A stretch of DNA of 64,000 nucleotides from an uncultured Alphaproteobacteria bacterium. GTDB taxonomy: Bacteria > Pseudomonadota > Alphaproteobacteria > Rs-D84 > CACZYB01. Under the pieces are notes generated by a model, which saw only the letters and a list, made by a program, of their open reading frames with translations, was not told the origin of the DNA and searched no databases. How positions within the stretch are numbered: the stretch's first letter is position 1; every line of letters starts with the position of its first letter. A program made the position numbers and the translations under genes. Below are positions 29,820-38,408 of this stretch, piece by piece. Location: positions 232,338-296,337 of the forward strand of contig CAKQHZ010000001.1 in NCBI GenBank assembly GCA_934246625.1. The letters are read 5' to 3'.

Positions 29820-32800
29820 TTATCCAAACAATCTATCCAGTTCTTCTTCTAAAATACCTTCCTTAACAAGAGGAAGTGTATCAACTTGTTTCAAATTATG
29901 TTTTTGAATGAAATTTTCATTATCGAAACCAAGGATATATGATATAGCAATACGATAAATTATTTCTGTCGGTGCTAATCCATAAACTTGCTTTTCAAAA
30001 ATATGCTTTAATCTATCTTTTGAATCAGGATAAATCTTTATCAATTTAGGATTATTATATAATCGTTTTACAATTTCAGTGATATATAATCCTGATTTCA
30101 TATATAAATCAATAAATGTTTTATCTGGATCTGTAAAGCAATCTGGACATTCTTTTTCTAAATTATCTACCATTTCTTTTACTACTTTTTTAGGCGTAAA
30201 GATTTGGTTTGTTTTTTGTGGTGGAATATAATCAAAAATATCCTCAGTGTTATTTTCATCAAAATAATTGGAAAGTTTAGTTTTCAAATTTAAGAATTCC
30301 TTAATGGAATCATTGAAAACAATAGGATCAAATAGATGTCCATCAAAATGCTCCATTTTTCCTGTTTTTTCATCTTTATAATCTCCACCATCACGTAAAA
30401 ACTTAAATTCAGCAAGAGAAATACTTGTAACTTCTTTAAATACTTCATCTGGTATAATTGTATCAAAGTTTTCTAATGTTGTGTTTTCATTACCATAAGC
30501 CATTAAAAATGAAGGTATTGTTCTTGAAAAACCTCTTAAATAGTCTCGAACTGAATCTTCTATGGCTGTTTTTTCTTTTTGCCTTTTATCTGTTTCTACT
30601 CTTTCAATAATTGTATTTCCTGTATTTTGAATAAGTTCAGGAAGTTTATTCTTCAATTCTGAAATAAATGTTGTTTTGTTTTCAGCAACTTTCAAATCAT
30701 ATAGTTCATTAATTTTATCTTTTTCAAAATCAGATGCTGTTTTTAATTCTTTTTTTCGTTCTAATTCTGTCTGATTTTGTAAGATTTTATAATTACCATA
30801 TTCTTTATCAAAAACCTGATTTGTTGTATTTAATATTGTTTGAGTAATTTTCTTTAAAGAGCTGGTTGTTACAGCATTTTTGTAGTTTGTTTTTACTGTA
30901 TCAACAAAAGTTTCTTCAACTTTAGCTTTAAATGTATCTTTTAATTCTTTTAATTTCTCATCATCTTGTTCAGGTTGGTTATTTTGCAATTCATTTACAG
31001 TTTCAACTAAATCTTTATTAATACTTTCATAAATCTTATCTCCAAATATTTCATTCGCTTGACCAATAATAAAGTTTTGTGAAAGTTCTACTTCTCCATC
31101 TTCATTTAAAGATAAATCATCTTTTGTATTTTGATTAATTGGTAAAGGTTCTTTTGTCTTTTCAAATTTTTTTATAATATCAACAACTTCTTGTGGTGCA
31201 TTGAATATGTTTCCAATATTCTGGAATAAGAAATTACTCATAAAACCACGTTGAACGACTTCTTGTGCATGGATTTTACGAGGAATAGATAATACCTGTT
31301 CAGCCTTAAGAAGTATCATTTCACCATCCTCATCTTCACCATAAACAGGGAAAAAGTTTAAAAGTTCTCTAACATTTTGTTTCCTTGTATCACTATCACC
31401 TTGTCCACTTGTTGTATTTATACTTAAATCGTTAGCAAATTTTTCAACAATTTCCAAAGTTCTTGCTGGATCAAAATCAAATACATAAGCATTTTCTTTT
31501 CTAAAGAATTGTCTATCTTTATGGAATATACAAGGATTTTGCGACCTGAAAGCTGTTTGCATATATAATGCTGGACTTTTAACATTACCAAGCATTAAAA
31601 CTGCTGTCCATTCAGGAATTGTAATTCCAGTAGTTAATTGTCCTACAGATAGAGTAATTGTCTTTTCATAATTCTTTATGCCATTAACAACTTTATTAAA
31701 TGCATTTTCACGTTCTTCGTCTTCATTAAGTTTACCATCCCCAGCGGCAACAATAATTTCATAATTTTTAAATATAGGGTGATTTTTTAATTTTTTTGCC
31801 AAAGCTTTAACACTACCAACTCTATCTAAAAACCAGAATGTATGATTAAGTTCATCTCTTAATTCTTGAGTTGAAAATGGAAATTTAGTTTTTATAGTTA
31901 ATGCATCCAAAAATTTATCAACGGCTTCATCATACTTAAAACTTCCATTTTCATTTGTTGAAAAGAATTCATTCAAATCAAAAGCATATTCTCTAATATC
32001 ATCATCAGATAAATTGCATCCCTGTTTTACCTTGTCTTCAATAATATCTGACATCTTATATGTATAAAGATTTAATTGAGGTAAGTTTTGATAAGGATTT
32101 TCTTCTTCGTTTGATGTATCCCAATTTTTTTTTGCATTTTGTTCATCAGCATAAGTCCAATTAAATATAGCTTTCTCTTCAAATTTATTATTTGCTAAAG
32201 CTTTAAATGGCGTTCCAGATAAATGAAGTGTAAATTTTCTTTTTATTTGATCAAAGGCAATGTCAGTATGATATGTATCAACACCTTCATGTGCTTCATC
32301 AATTACTAATAAATCCCAGTCTAAATCTTTAATCTCTTTAAGTTTATCATATTTTCCACCAAAGTAGATTGACCCTTTTAAATCTTGTAATGATACAAAT
32401 TCAATACATCCTTTATGATTTCCATCGTTAAGTTTATTTAAGTATTCTTCTCTTGATAGAACATATTCTTTACTTTTCAAAGTACTAACTTGACTAACAA
32501 AATAATATCCTGAATTGGTACCTAAAAACCTTTCATAATCAGCATACCAAGAATTAGCAATAGCTGGTCTATTCGTTACAATTAAAACTTTTTTTGCATT
32601 TATCTGTTTGCATAAGTCATAAGTTGATAATGTTTTACCAAATCTAGGTTTTGCATTCCATAAAAATTCTGGTTCATCATCTTTATGACTTTCAAAATAT
32701 TCTTTTGTTTGAGAAACAGCATTAAATTGCTCATTTCTAAGTTTGTATTCTATTACAGGTTTTGTTTCTAAAATTCCTCTGTTTTCTTTAAATTCATAAA

Positions 32801-33119
32801 ATTTTTCTTTTGAATCTTTTGGGGATATTTTAAACCATTCTGTATCCGGTTTTCTTTCAATATTGTTTTTCTTAAGGTAAGCGTGAAAATCTGTATCATG
32901 GAAAACCTCGCCAGAACCATCCTCATATATAGCATTAGATTTCCATTCCAATACAAATTTTACATCTGCAGTTTGAGTTTGCTGTTTTATACGAGTTTCG
33001 ACATCTTGTTCTGTAAAACCAATCTTTGTCCATCCATCATGTTCTTTAATCTCAGGAGTTGTATATGCATAACACATAGGGACAATTTTCTTTAATGTTT
33101 TAATATTTAGTTTTACCAT
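29820..33119 (-). CDS. Multidomain protein: N-terminal T5orf172 (GIY-YIG-like) domain, SF2 helicase (ResIII-type, DEAH), long linker, and a C-terminal degenerate MTase N-lobe
   Basis: CYAYTTPEIKEHDGWTKIGFT...VETRIKQ is T5orf172-like. Helicase motifs are Walker A NAKPRFGKT, LLVIDEAHEG and LSGTPF. The C-terminus carries IFTPKKVVKEMV (motif X), FIDLYMKSGLYI (degenerate motif I) and QVYGLAPTEIIYRIA (motif II), with no NPPY. The start is taken at the internal MVKLNIK, 1 nt after the upstream gene's stop. The track start at 33155 overlaps the upstream gene. Confidence 0.7.
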   Translation of the reverse strand: MVKLNIKTLKKIVPMCYAYTTPEIKEHDGWTKIGFTEQDVETRIKQQTQTADVKFVLEWKSNAIYEDGSGEVFHDTDFHAYLKKNNIERKPDTEWFKISPKDSKEKFYEFKENRGILETKPVIEYKLRNEQFNAVSQTKEYFESHKDDEPEFLWNAKPRFGKTLSTYDLCKQINAKKVLIVTNRPAIANSWYADYERFLGTNSGYYFVSQVSTLKSKEYVLSREEYLNKLNDGNHKGCIEFVSLQDLKGSIYFGGKYDKLKEIKDLDWDLLVIDEAHEGVDTYHTDIAFDQIKRKFTLHLSGTPFKALANNKFEEKAIFNWTYADEQNAKKNWDTSNEEENPYQNLPQLNLYTYKMSDIIEDKVKQGCNLSDDDIREYAFDLNEFFSTNENGSFKYDEAVDKFLDALTIKTKFPFSTQELRDELNHTFWFLDRVGSVKALAKKLKNHPIFKNYEIIVAAGDGKLNEDEERENAFNKVVNGIKNYEKTITLSVGQLTTGITIPEWTAVLMLGNVKSPALYMQTAFRSQNPCIFHKDRQFFRKENAYVFDFDPARTLEIVEKFANDLSINTTSGQGDSDTRKQNVRELLNFFPVYGEDEDGEMILLKAEQVLSIPRKIHAQEVVQRGFMSNFLFQNIGNIFNAPQEVVDIIKKFEKTKEPLPINQNTKDDLSLNEDGEVELSQNFIIGQANEIFGDKIYESINKDLVETVNELQNNQPEQDDEKLKELKDTFKAKVEETFVDTVKTNYKNAVTTSSLKKITQTILNTTNQVFDKEYGNYKILQNQTELERKKELKTASDFEKDKINELYDLKVAENKTTFISELKNKLPELIQNTGNTIIERVETDKRQKEKTAIEDSVRDYLRGFSRTIPSFLMAYGNENTTLENFDTIIPDEVFKEVTSISLAEFKFLRDGGDYKDEKTGKMEHFDGHLFDPIVFNDSIKEFLNLKTKLSNYFDENNTEDIFDYIPPQKTNQIFTPKKVVKEMVDNLEKECPDCFTDPDKTFIDLYMKSGLYITEIVKRLYNNPKLIKIYPDSKDRLKHIFEKQVYGLAPTEIIYRIAISYILGFDNENFIQKHNLKQVDTLPLVKEGILEEELDRLFG

Positions 33120-33120
33120 A

Positions 33121-33501
33121 TTACACCATCTCCTTTTTATCCAATTGAATTCCATTTACTTTTGTTTTTAATTGTTCAATTAGTTTATATTTATGTTTTT
33201 TGATATAATATTTACGTAAAAATAAAGAAATAATTTCTATAAATAATCCAATAAAATAAATATACACGTTATCTATATATAAAGTTTCAAAAATATTAGA
33301 AATGGTAAAAGATAAGATACCAACACATTTTAAATATCTTTCTTTTAAATATTCTTCTATCAAATTTGTATTACAATCTAAATATGTTGAACTTTTTGCT
33401 AAAATATGCTCATCTGAATCTAAATTACATATTATTAATATAATACCAAATATTTGCAAAATAAGTTTTAATACAGTAGATAAACTTAAATAAATAAACA
33501 T
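33121..33501 (-). CDS. Small membrane protein (3 predicted TM), translationally coupled to the helicase gene
   Basis: Hydrophobic segments LILQIFGIILIICNL, VGILSFTISNIF and IYFIGLFIEIISLF. The TAA stop lies 1 nt before the downstream ATG. Confidence 0.35.
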   Translation of the reverse strand: MFIYLSLSTVLKLILQIFGIILIICNLDSDEHILAKSSTYLDCNTNLIEEYLKERYLKCVGILSFTISNIFETLYIDNVYIYFIGLFIEIISLFLRKYYIKKHKYKLIEQLKTKVNGIQLDKKEMV

Positions 33502-33516
33502 TTTTACTCATCTCCT

Positions 33517-34506
33517 TTAGACAGTTTTTTGTTCAATATACTTTATTTCTTCTAATGTAAGATTATATTTTTCATATAAATCTTTGTTGTTCCATTTCTT
33601 TGAAAAATCTTGGATAGGTACAAATTTATAAACATTTCTTGCTGCATTTTGTGATTTTTTTATTTGAGATATTAAGTATTTATATAGATTAGTATTCATA
33701 TATGAAATAACATTTTCACATATTTCTTTACTATCAAATGGTCCCACAACTAAATATGTTTCATTACAAGCTGTTCCTGGTGCTCCATAGAATGGTAATC
33801 CATTAAATTTTGCAGAAATTTCTCCTGCTTTTGATACATAAACTTTATGCTGATCAATCCATTCTTTTTTAGAAATAATTTTATTTCTATCTATATATGC
33901 AAACTTTTCATCTGAACGATCTCGAGAAAATCTATAAATTTTAATGGAATTTTTTTCTTTTTTATTTGAAAAATAATTTTTATAATTTCCAACTTTTCCA
34001 TTAGCAAAAGGAGAATATGTTGAAACTAAATCCATAAATGATGCAAAATCTTTAGAATATATTCCAACTTTAGTTACTATTTCATCAGCTTTTGGATCTC
34101 TTATAAAAAATTCTGTTCCATGTTCAGCCATGTTCCTAATATCTGTTTTCACTATATCGCCATCTATATAGGTATATTTTGTATGTGCTGTAACATTTTT
34201 ATCATATATAAAGTATGATACACCACCAGCTAAGGAAATATTTGTTTGAAAAACCTTATTTGCATCAGTATAATCAACCATAGATGAAATATGATTATTT
34301 TTTAACATAAATTTTCTAAATTCATCTAAACCAGTTCCACCTGTCATCCATAAACTTGGTGTAATCATAGAAACATAATTAGCTTTTAAATTAATTGCAC
34401 TTTGTACAAAATGATGATAAACAGGATTTGCTTGAGAAATAGATCCTGAATTATTTGCAACTAATTCCTGATAAGGTGGGTTTCCAATTATAACATCAAA
34501 CTTCAT
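33517..34506 (-). CDS. N6-adenine DNA methyltransferase catalytic and target-recognition half (gamma-class, Eco57I/TaqI-like)
   Basis: The protein begins at motif IV: MKFDVIIGNPPYQ. It lacks the AdoMet-binding motifs X and I, which are found in the upstream ORF. Confidence 0.75.
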   Translation of the reverse strand: MKFDVIIGNPPYQELVANNSGSISQANPVYHHFVQSAINLKANYVSMITPSLWMTGGTGLDEFRKFMLKNNHISSMVDYTDANKVFQTNISLAGGVSYFIYDKNVTAHTKYTYIDGDIVKTDIRNMAEHGTEFFIRDPKADEIVTKVGIYSKDFASFMDLVSTYSPFANGKVGNYKNYFSNKKEKNSIKIYRFSRDRSDEKFAYIDRNKIISKKEWIDQHKVYVSKAGEISAKFNGLPFYGAPGTACNETYLVVGPFDSKEICENVISYMNTNLYKYLISQIKKSQNAARNVYKFVPIQDFSKKWNNKDLYEKYNLTLEEIKYIEQKTV

Positions 34507-35438
34507 TTTTTAGCTCCTTTCAAATCTTTGAAATAGATAGTTTTTCCACTACGCCAATCTTTGATTTTGCAAAGTATTGGTGTCGAAAGTTGTATATCTG
34601 TATTAAATAAATCTGGTTGAAAATAATCTTCTTCTGTTGTTGCAAATGGTACAGTATCGTTTAAACCATCCATCTGCCATATATTCCATGAAATAATATT
34701 TGCAATTTGCTCAATCTGTATAAGACTTGGTTCTTTATGATATTTATTCTGATAGTAATCAATAAAAGTCCAAAGCAAATTTTCCCTTGCCAATAATAAA
34801 TTATCGCCTTGGTATTCATAACCATAGGTACTTTCAAATGCTCGCTTAACCCAATTAAACCAATCTGTATCATTATTTGTGTTTTCGTTAACGACACGAA
34901 GTTTTCTATCTAAAATACCTATACGTTTTATGATTGGTAAGATTTCACCAGTTGTGGTATCATATCTTGAAACTAAATATGGTGCCTCACCACAAGTAAT
35001 TTCAAGTCTTCTTGAATCGACATAACTTTTCCAATCCTTGTCGTTAAAATCTATAAATCTTTCATTTGGTATCCAATCTTGATTTTGTTGGATATTGAAT
35101 ACATTTTTGTAACCAAACCATTCTTCATCACAAAGATTATTCATTTCATTACAAATCCAAGATGGAGTGAAAACTTCTGCTGATTTATGGGTACGATTTT
35201 TTTGTTCTTCTTTGTTTTTGGCAATTCTTGGCTGAATAATAGAGGTATTCTTATCAATAATTAATTCAGGTAAGATTTCTTTTTCTTTTGAATAATCATC
35301 ACCATATTTTAGATATTCATCGCATGCCCAATGGATATATCTCCCTGTTGTCTTATCCCTTAGTAATATCTTTAAAAGATAAGGACTTAAGACATGTATA
35401 TATTGCTCAAGAATATCTATGTTACTTTCAATAACCAT
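34503..35438 (-). CDS. N6-adenine MTase N-terminal (AdoMet-binding) half; a split MTase or a frameshift-separated gene
   Basis: AEVFTPSWICNEM is motif X-like and LEITCGEAPYL is motif I-like. The ORF overlaps the NPPY ORF by ATGA. Confidence 0.5.
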   Translation of the reverse strand: MVIESNIDILEQYIHVLSPYLLKILLRDKTTGRYIHWACDEYLKYGDDYSKEKEILPELIIDKNTSIIQPRIAKNKEEQKNRTHKSAEVFTPSWICNEMNNLCDEEWFGYKNVFNIQQNQDWIPNERFIDFNDKDWKSYVDSRRLEITCGEAPYLVSRYDTTTGEILPIIKRIGILDRKLRVVNENTNNDTDWFNWVKRAFESTYGYEYQGDNLLLARENLLWTFIDYYQNKYHKEPSLIQIEQIANIISWNIWQMDGLNDTVPFATTEEDYFQPDLFNTDIQLSTPILCKIKDWRSGKTIYFKDLKGAKK

Positions 35439-35554
35439 CTTTTTAGATGCGGAAAATAATATCCACCCATATTAATTTTCATTGATTATTGAGAATTTTT
35501 TGCTAAAATATTGAGAGAATTTTATTAATAGAACAGTAAAATATATGGGTCATT

Positions 35555-36163
35555 TTATATATGCTTTTGTAAATGATTTTTTATATATTTATTGAGTGTT
35601 GGTTTAGTAATTTTTAGTTTTTTTGCAACAATATATTTGGGTAATCCTAATCTTAAAAGACTAATGATTTTATCTTTTTTCTCTTCAAGTTTATTGTGCT
35701 TATTTTTACTTCCCTTCGGTCTTCCAATTGTGGAACCTTCTAAAAGTCTGCGTTTCAATCCCTCTATAGTCCTTTGACTTATCAAATCTCTTTCCATCTC
35801 TGCAAATGCACTTAAGATTGCTATCATCATCTTTCCCATAGGGGTGTTATCAATCGACATTCCTTGCTTTACAAGATAACAATTCACACCTTTTTTCACA
35901 AGCAACTGACAAGTATTTATAACATCACTTGTTGATCTTCCAAGTCTAGATAGTTCTGATGTTATAAGCACGTCTCCTTTATCCAATATTTTTAGTAAGG
36001 TTCCCAGTTTACGTTTCTTTGCAAGAATTGTGCCACTGACACCTTCATCAATATATTCTTTATCTATTTTCCAATTCATTCTGTTTACAAAATCTATTAC
36101 TCCAAGTTTTTGACTTTCATAGTTTTGCAATTCTGTAGATACTCTGTAATATGCATATATCAA
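35555..36163 (-). CDS. Serine recombinase (resolvase/invertase), paralogue of the 14406-14993 gene
   Basis: MIYAYYRVSTELQN, SELSRLGRS, and a C-terminal HTH. Confidence 0.8.
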   Translation of the reverse strand: MIYAYYRVSTELQNYESQKLGVIDFVNRMNWKIDKEYIDEGVSGTILAKKRKLGTLLKILDKGDVLITSELSRLGRSTSDVINTCQLLVKKGVNCYLVKQGMSIDNTPMGKMMIAILSAFAEMERDLISQRTIEGLKRRLLEGSTIGRPKGSKNKHNKLEEKKDKIISLLRLGLPKYIVAKKLKITKPTLNKYIKNHLQKHI

Positions 36164-36495
36164 TTATCTTTCTCCTGTTCCATTTCTAAAAGTTCTTGGA
36201 TTTCTTTAAAGTTTTCAATATCCTTTATTTTTTCTTCCTCATCAATAAACTGTAAAATAAGACAAATAGCCCTTACATCTCCATTTAATCCCTTTTGTAT
36301 AAGTGATATACATAATTTCTCTTTAAAACTAATTCCATCAGGTGATTTATTTTCCAATAAGTCATTTAATATTTTCTTAAATTTTCGTTTTTCTCTTCTT
36401 ACTTTACCGCTGGCAATACCACCTTTTTGAGCAATTTTTCTTTGTTCTTCCGTGGTTCGTTTATTTATTGGTATTAAGTTTTTATTATTTGACAA
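36160..36495 (-). CDS. Small basic protein, hypothetical (overlaps the recombinase by 4 bp)
   Basis: TEEQRKIAQKGGIASGKVRREKRK basic patch. It may be DNA-binding. Confidence 0.3.
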   Translation of the reverse strand: MSNNKNLIPINKRTTEEQRKIAQKGGIASGKVRREKRKFKKILNDLLENKSPDGISFKEKLCISLIQKGLNGDVRAICLILQFIDEEEKIKDIENFKEIQELLEMEQEKDN

Positions 36496-36663
36496 TTTTA
36501 ATATCCTTTATTAAATCCTACATGGTATATTATATGTTTCCCAAAATTTAATACTTTGGTATGAATAAAAAGTATAAGATAAATATCAATTTTTGAACTT
36601 ATCAAACATATATAAATTAAATGAAGTTTTAAAATTTGATACATACAATAGTAAAAAATGATA

Positions 36664-37056
36664 CTATCTTGCATTTTTATATTCTTTCCATTCATTAGTT
36701 GGCGGATTATTATTATAATTTAGAAATGTAAGAATATAAGTAGTGGCCATTTTATATGTAAACATACCCTTTTTATTAACCTTTATAAAACCTTTATCTA
36801 TTAGTTCATGCGATGCTTTACTAAAAGTATTCTTTGATAAATTACATAACTTAGCACCTTCTGCAATCCCTACTCCAATTTCTCCATTATTCATCCCATT
36901 ATATCTGCGAATAAATAATAGCAAAACAGTTTTTGCAGATGATGATAACCTTATATAATTAATATTATCAAACATTTGATGTGTGATTTTTATAAATCTC
37001 TCTTTATTTTTTCTTCCCATTGTTTTTTCAAATTTATTAACTTTGCGTTTAATCAT
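36664..37056 (-). CDS. Hypothetical winged-helix-like protein
   Basis: LSKNTFSKASHELIDKGFIKV is an HTH-like segment. The ORF overlaps the AlpA gene by 8 bp. Confidence 0.3.
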   Translation of the reverse strand: MIKRKVNKFEKTMGRKNKERFIKITHQMFDNINYIRLSSSAKTVLLLFIRRYNGMNNGEIGVGIAEGAKLCNLSKNTFSKASHELIDKGFIKVNKKGMFTYKMATTYILTFLNYNNNPPTNEWKEYKNAR

Positions 37057-37264
37057 AATAAACCTCCGTATTTATAGTTTTACTTTTCAACCATTCATAG
37101 AATTTGTCTTCCGGATAAAGAATAATTTTACCAAGTTTTATATATGGTAAATCTTCCCATCCTTTTGCTTTGATACAGCGGTGATGATTAAGGGTTGATA
37201 ATTTTATGCCTAATATTGTGGCTACTTCTTTTTGAGTTAGATATTGTGTTTTCATATCAATCAT
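37049..37264 (-). CDS. AlpA/excisionase-family HTH regulator
   Basis: LTQKEVATILGIKLSTLNHHRCIKAKG...PYIKLGKIILYPEDKFYEWL matches the HTH_17/AlpA pattern. It is positioned near the att/tRNA end of the island. Confidence 0.7.
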   Translation of the reverse strand: MIDMKTQYLTQKEVATILGIKLSTLNHHRCIKAKGWEDLPYIKLGKIILYPEDKFYEWLKSKTINTEVYYD

Positions 37265-37381
37265 ATTTTATCTCCTCTTTTTTTTATTAATATTAAGGAA
37301 TTATCTCATTCCTTTGTTTATAAGAGGTAATATAGATTGATATTTTTAAAAAGAAATCCCAAAAGGCGCTTTTGGGGTCAA

Positions 37382-38071
37382 TTATTTTTTTATAAGTTTA
37401 CTATAATATTTTTCTGCGGTCTTATCACAAACATCTTCTTTTTCCATAATATAGTTTATTTTACTCATATACTTAGTACAATATTTCGGAAAATATGCAT
37501 CTGGATTTGCTAAGTATGTTTTCTTGAATTTTCTAAATTTATTAACTCCCTTTTTTGCTCCATTATTTCTATTATGCTTAGTAATAATTGGCTTTGTATC
37601 TTCTTTGATGACACTTCTAAATCCTGTATATATTAAAATACTTTCTAATTTAGCCAATAATATTATATAATTATAAGCCTCTGAGTTAGTGTAAATTTCT
37701 TTTTCAATATCGTAATTATTTTCAATTTCAAAACTTGCTATTATAAAAATTGAAATTATAACAGTTTCAAAAGTTCCTAATAAAGATACGCCTATTATTT
37801 TTTCATATTTTTGCTCAAAATCTTCTCTAATACTTACATGAGAATAACGAGATTCTACACTAAAATATTCAATTAAATTAAATATATTTTCATATTCTTT
37901 ACTAATATCTTTAATAATCGTAATTATCTTATTTATGTAATCATCATCAAATGAAGATGTTACAAATAAAATTCTATCTATATCTTTACTTAAATAAGAA
38001 TAAATTTGAGATTGTTTTAAATGACATCTTTCTTTTAAATATTTTGAATAAAGTGATTCGTCAATTAACAT
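37382..38071 (-). CDS. Hypothetical protein
   Basis: ORF only. Confidence 0.3.
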   Translation of the reverse strand: MLIDESLYSKYLKERCHLKQSQIYSYLSKDIDRILFVTSSFDDDYINKIITIIKDISKEYENIFNLIEYFSVESRYSHVSIREDFEQKYEKIIGVSLLGTFETVIISIFIIASFEIENNYDIEKEIYTNSEAYNYIILLAKLESILIYTGFRSVIKEDTKPIITKHNRNNGAKKGVNKFRKFKKTYLANPDAYFPKYCTKYMSKINYIMEKEDVCDKTAEKYYSKLIKK

Positions 38072-38278
38072 AATATACCCTTCTATTTTAAAATAGATAC
38101 AGCTACTATTCTACTTCTTATATCCAGCTCTATTTTAAATATAATTCCACAATAATCAAATCTTTTTCCCCTGCAAATTTCTGCAAAAATTCGGCAATGA
38201 TTCGGCAATGGAAATTTTGCACGCAAAACTCATCGTTCTTACTAACTTCATAACTCATTGATTTTTGGATGGTTTTAG

Positions 38279-38354
<76 letters not shown>

Positions 38355-38408
38355 AATCAAGATAGCTATAATAATAACAATATTTTTTCAAAAATCAAGA
38401 AAAATTTA

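Noticed and set aside
33120-33155. Annotated upstream start (MEFNWIKRRWCN) of the 1111-aa gene
   Set aside because: It would overlap the preceding membrane-protein gene by 35 bp. The internal ATG (MVKL) sits 1 nt after that gene's TAA, giving classic translational coupling.
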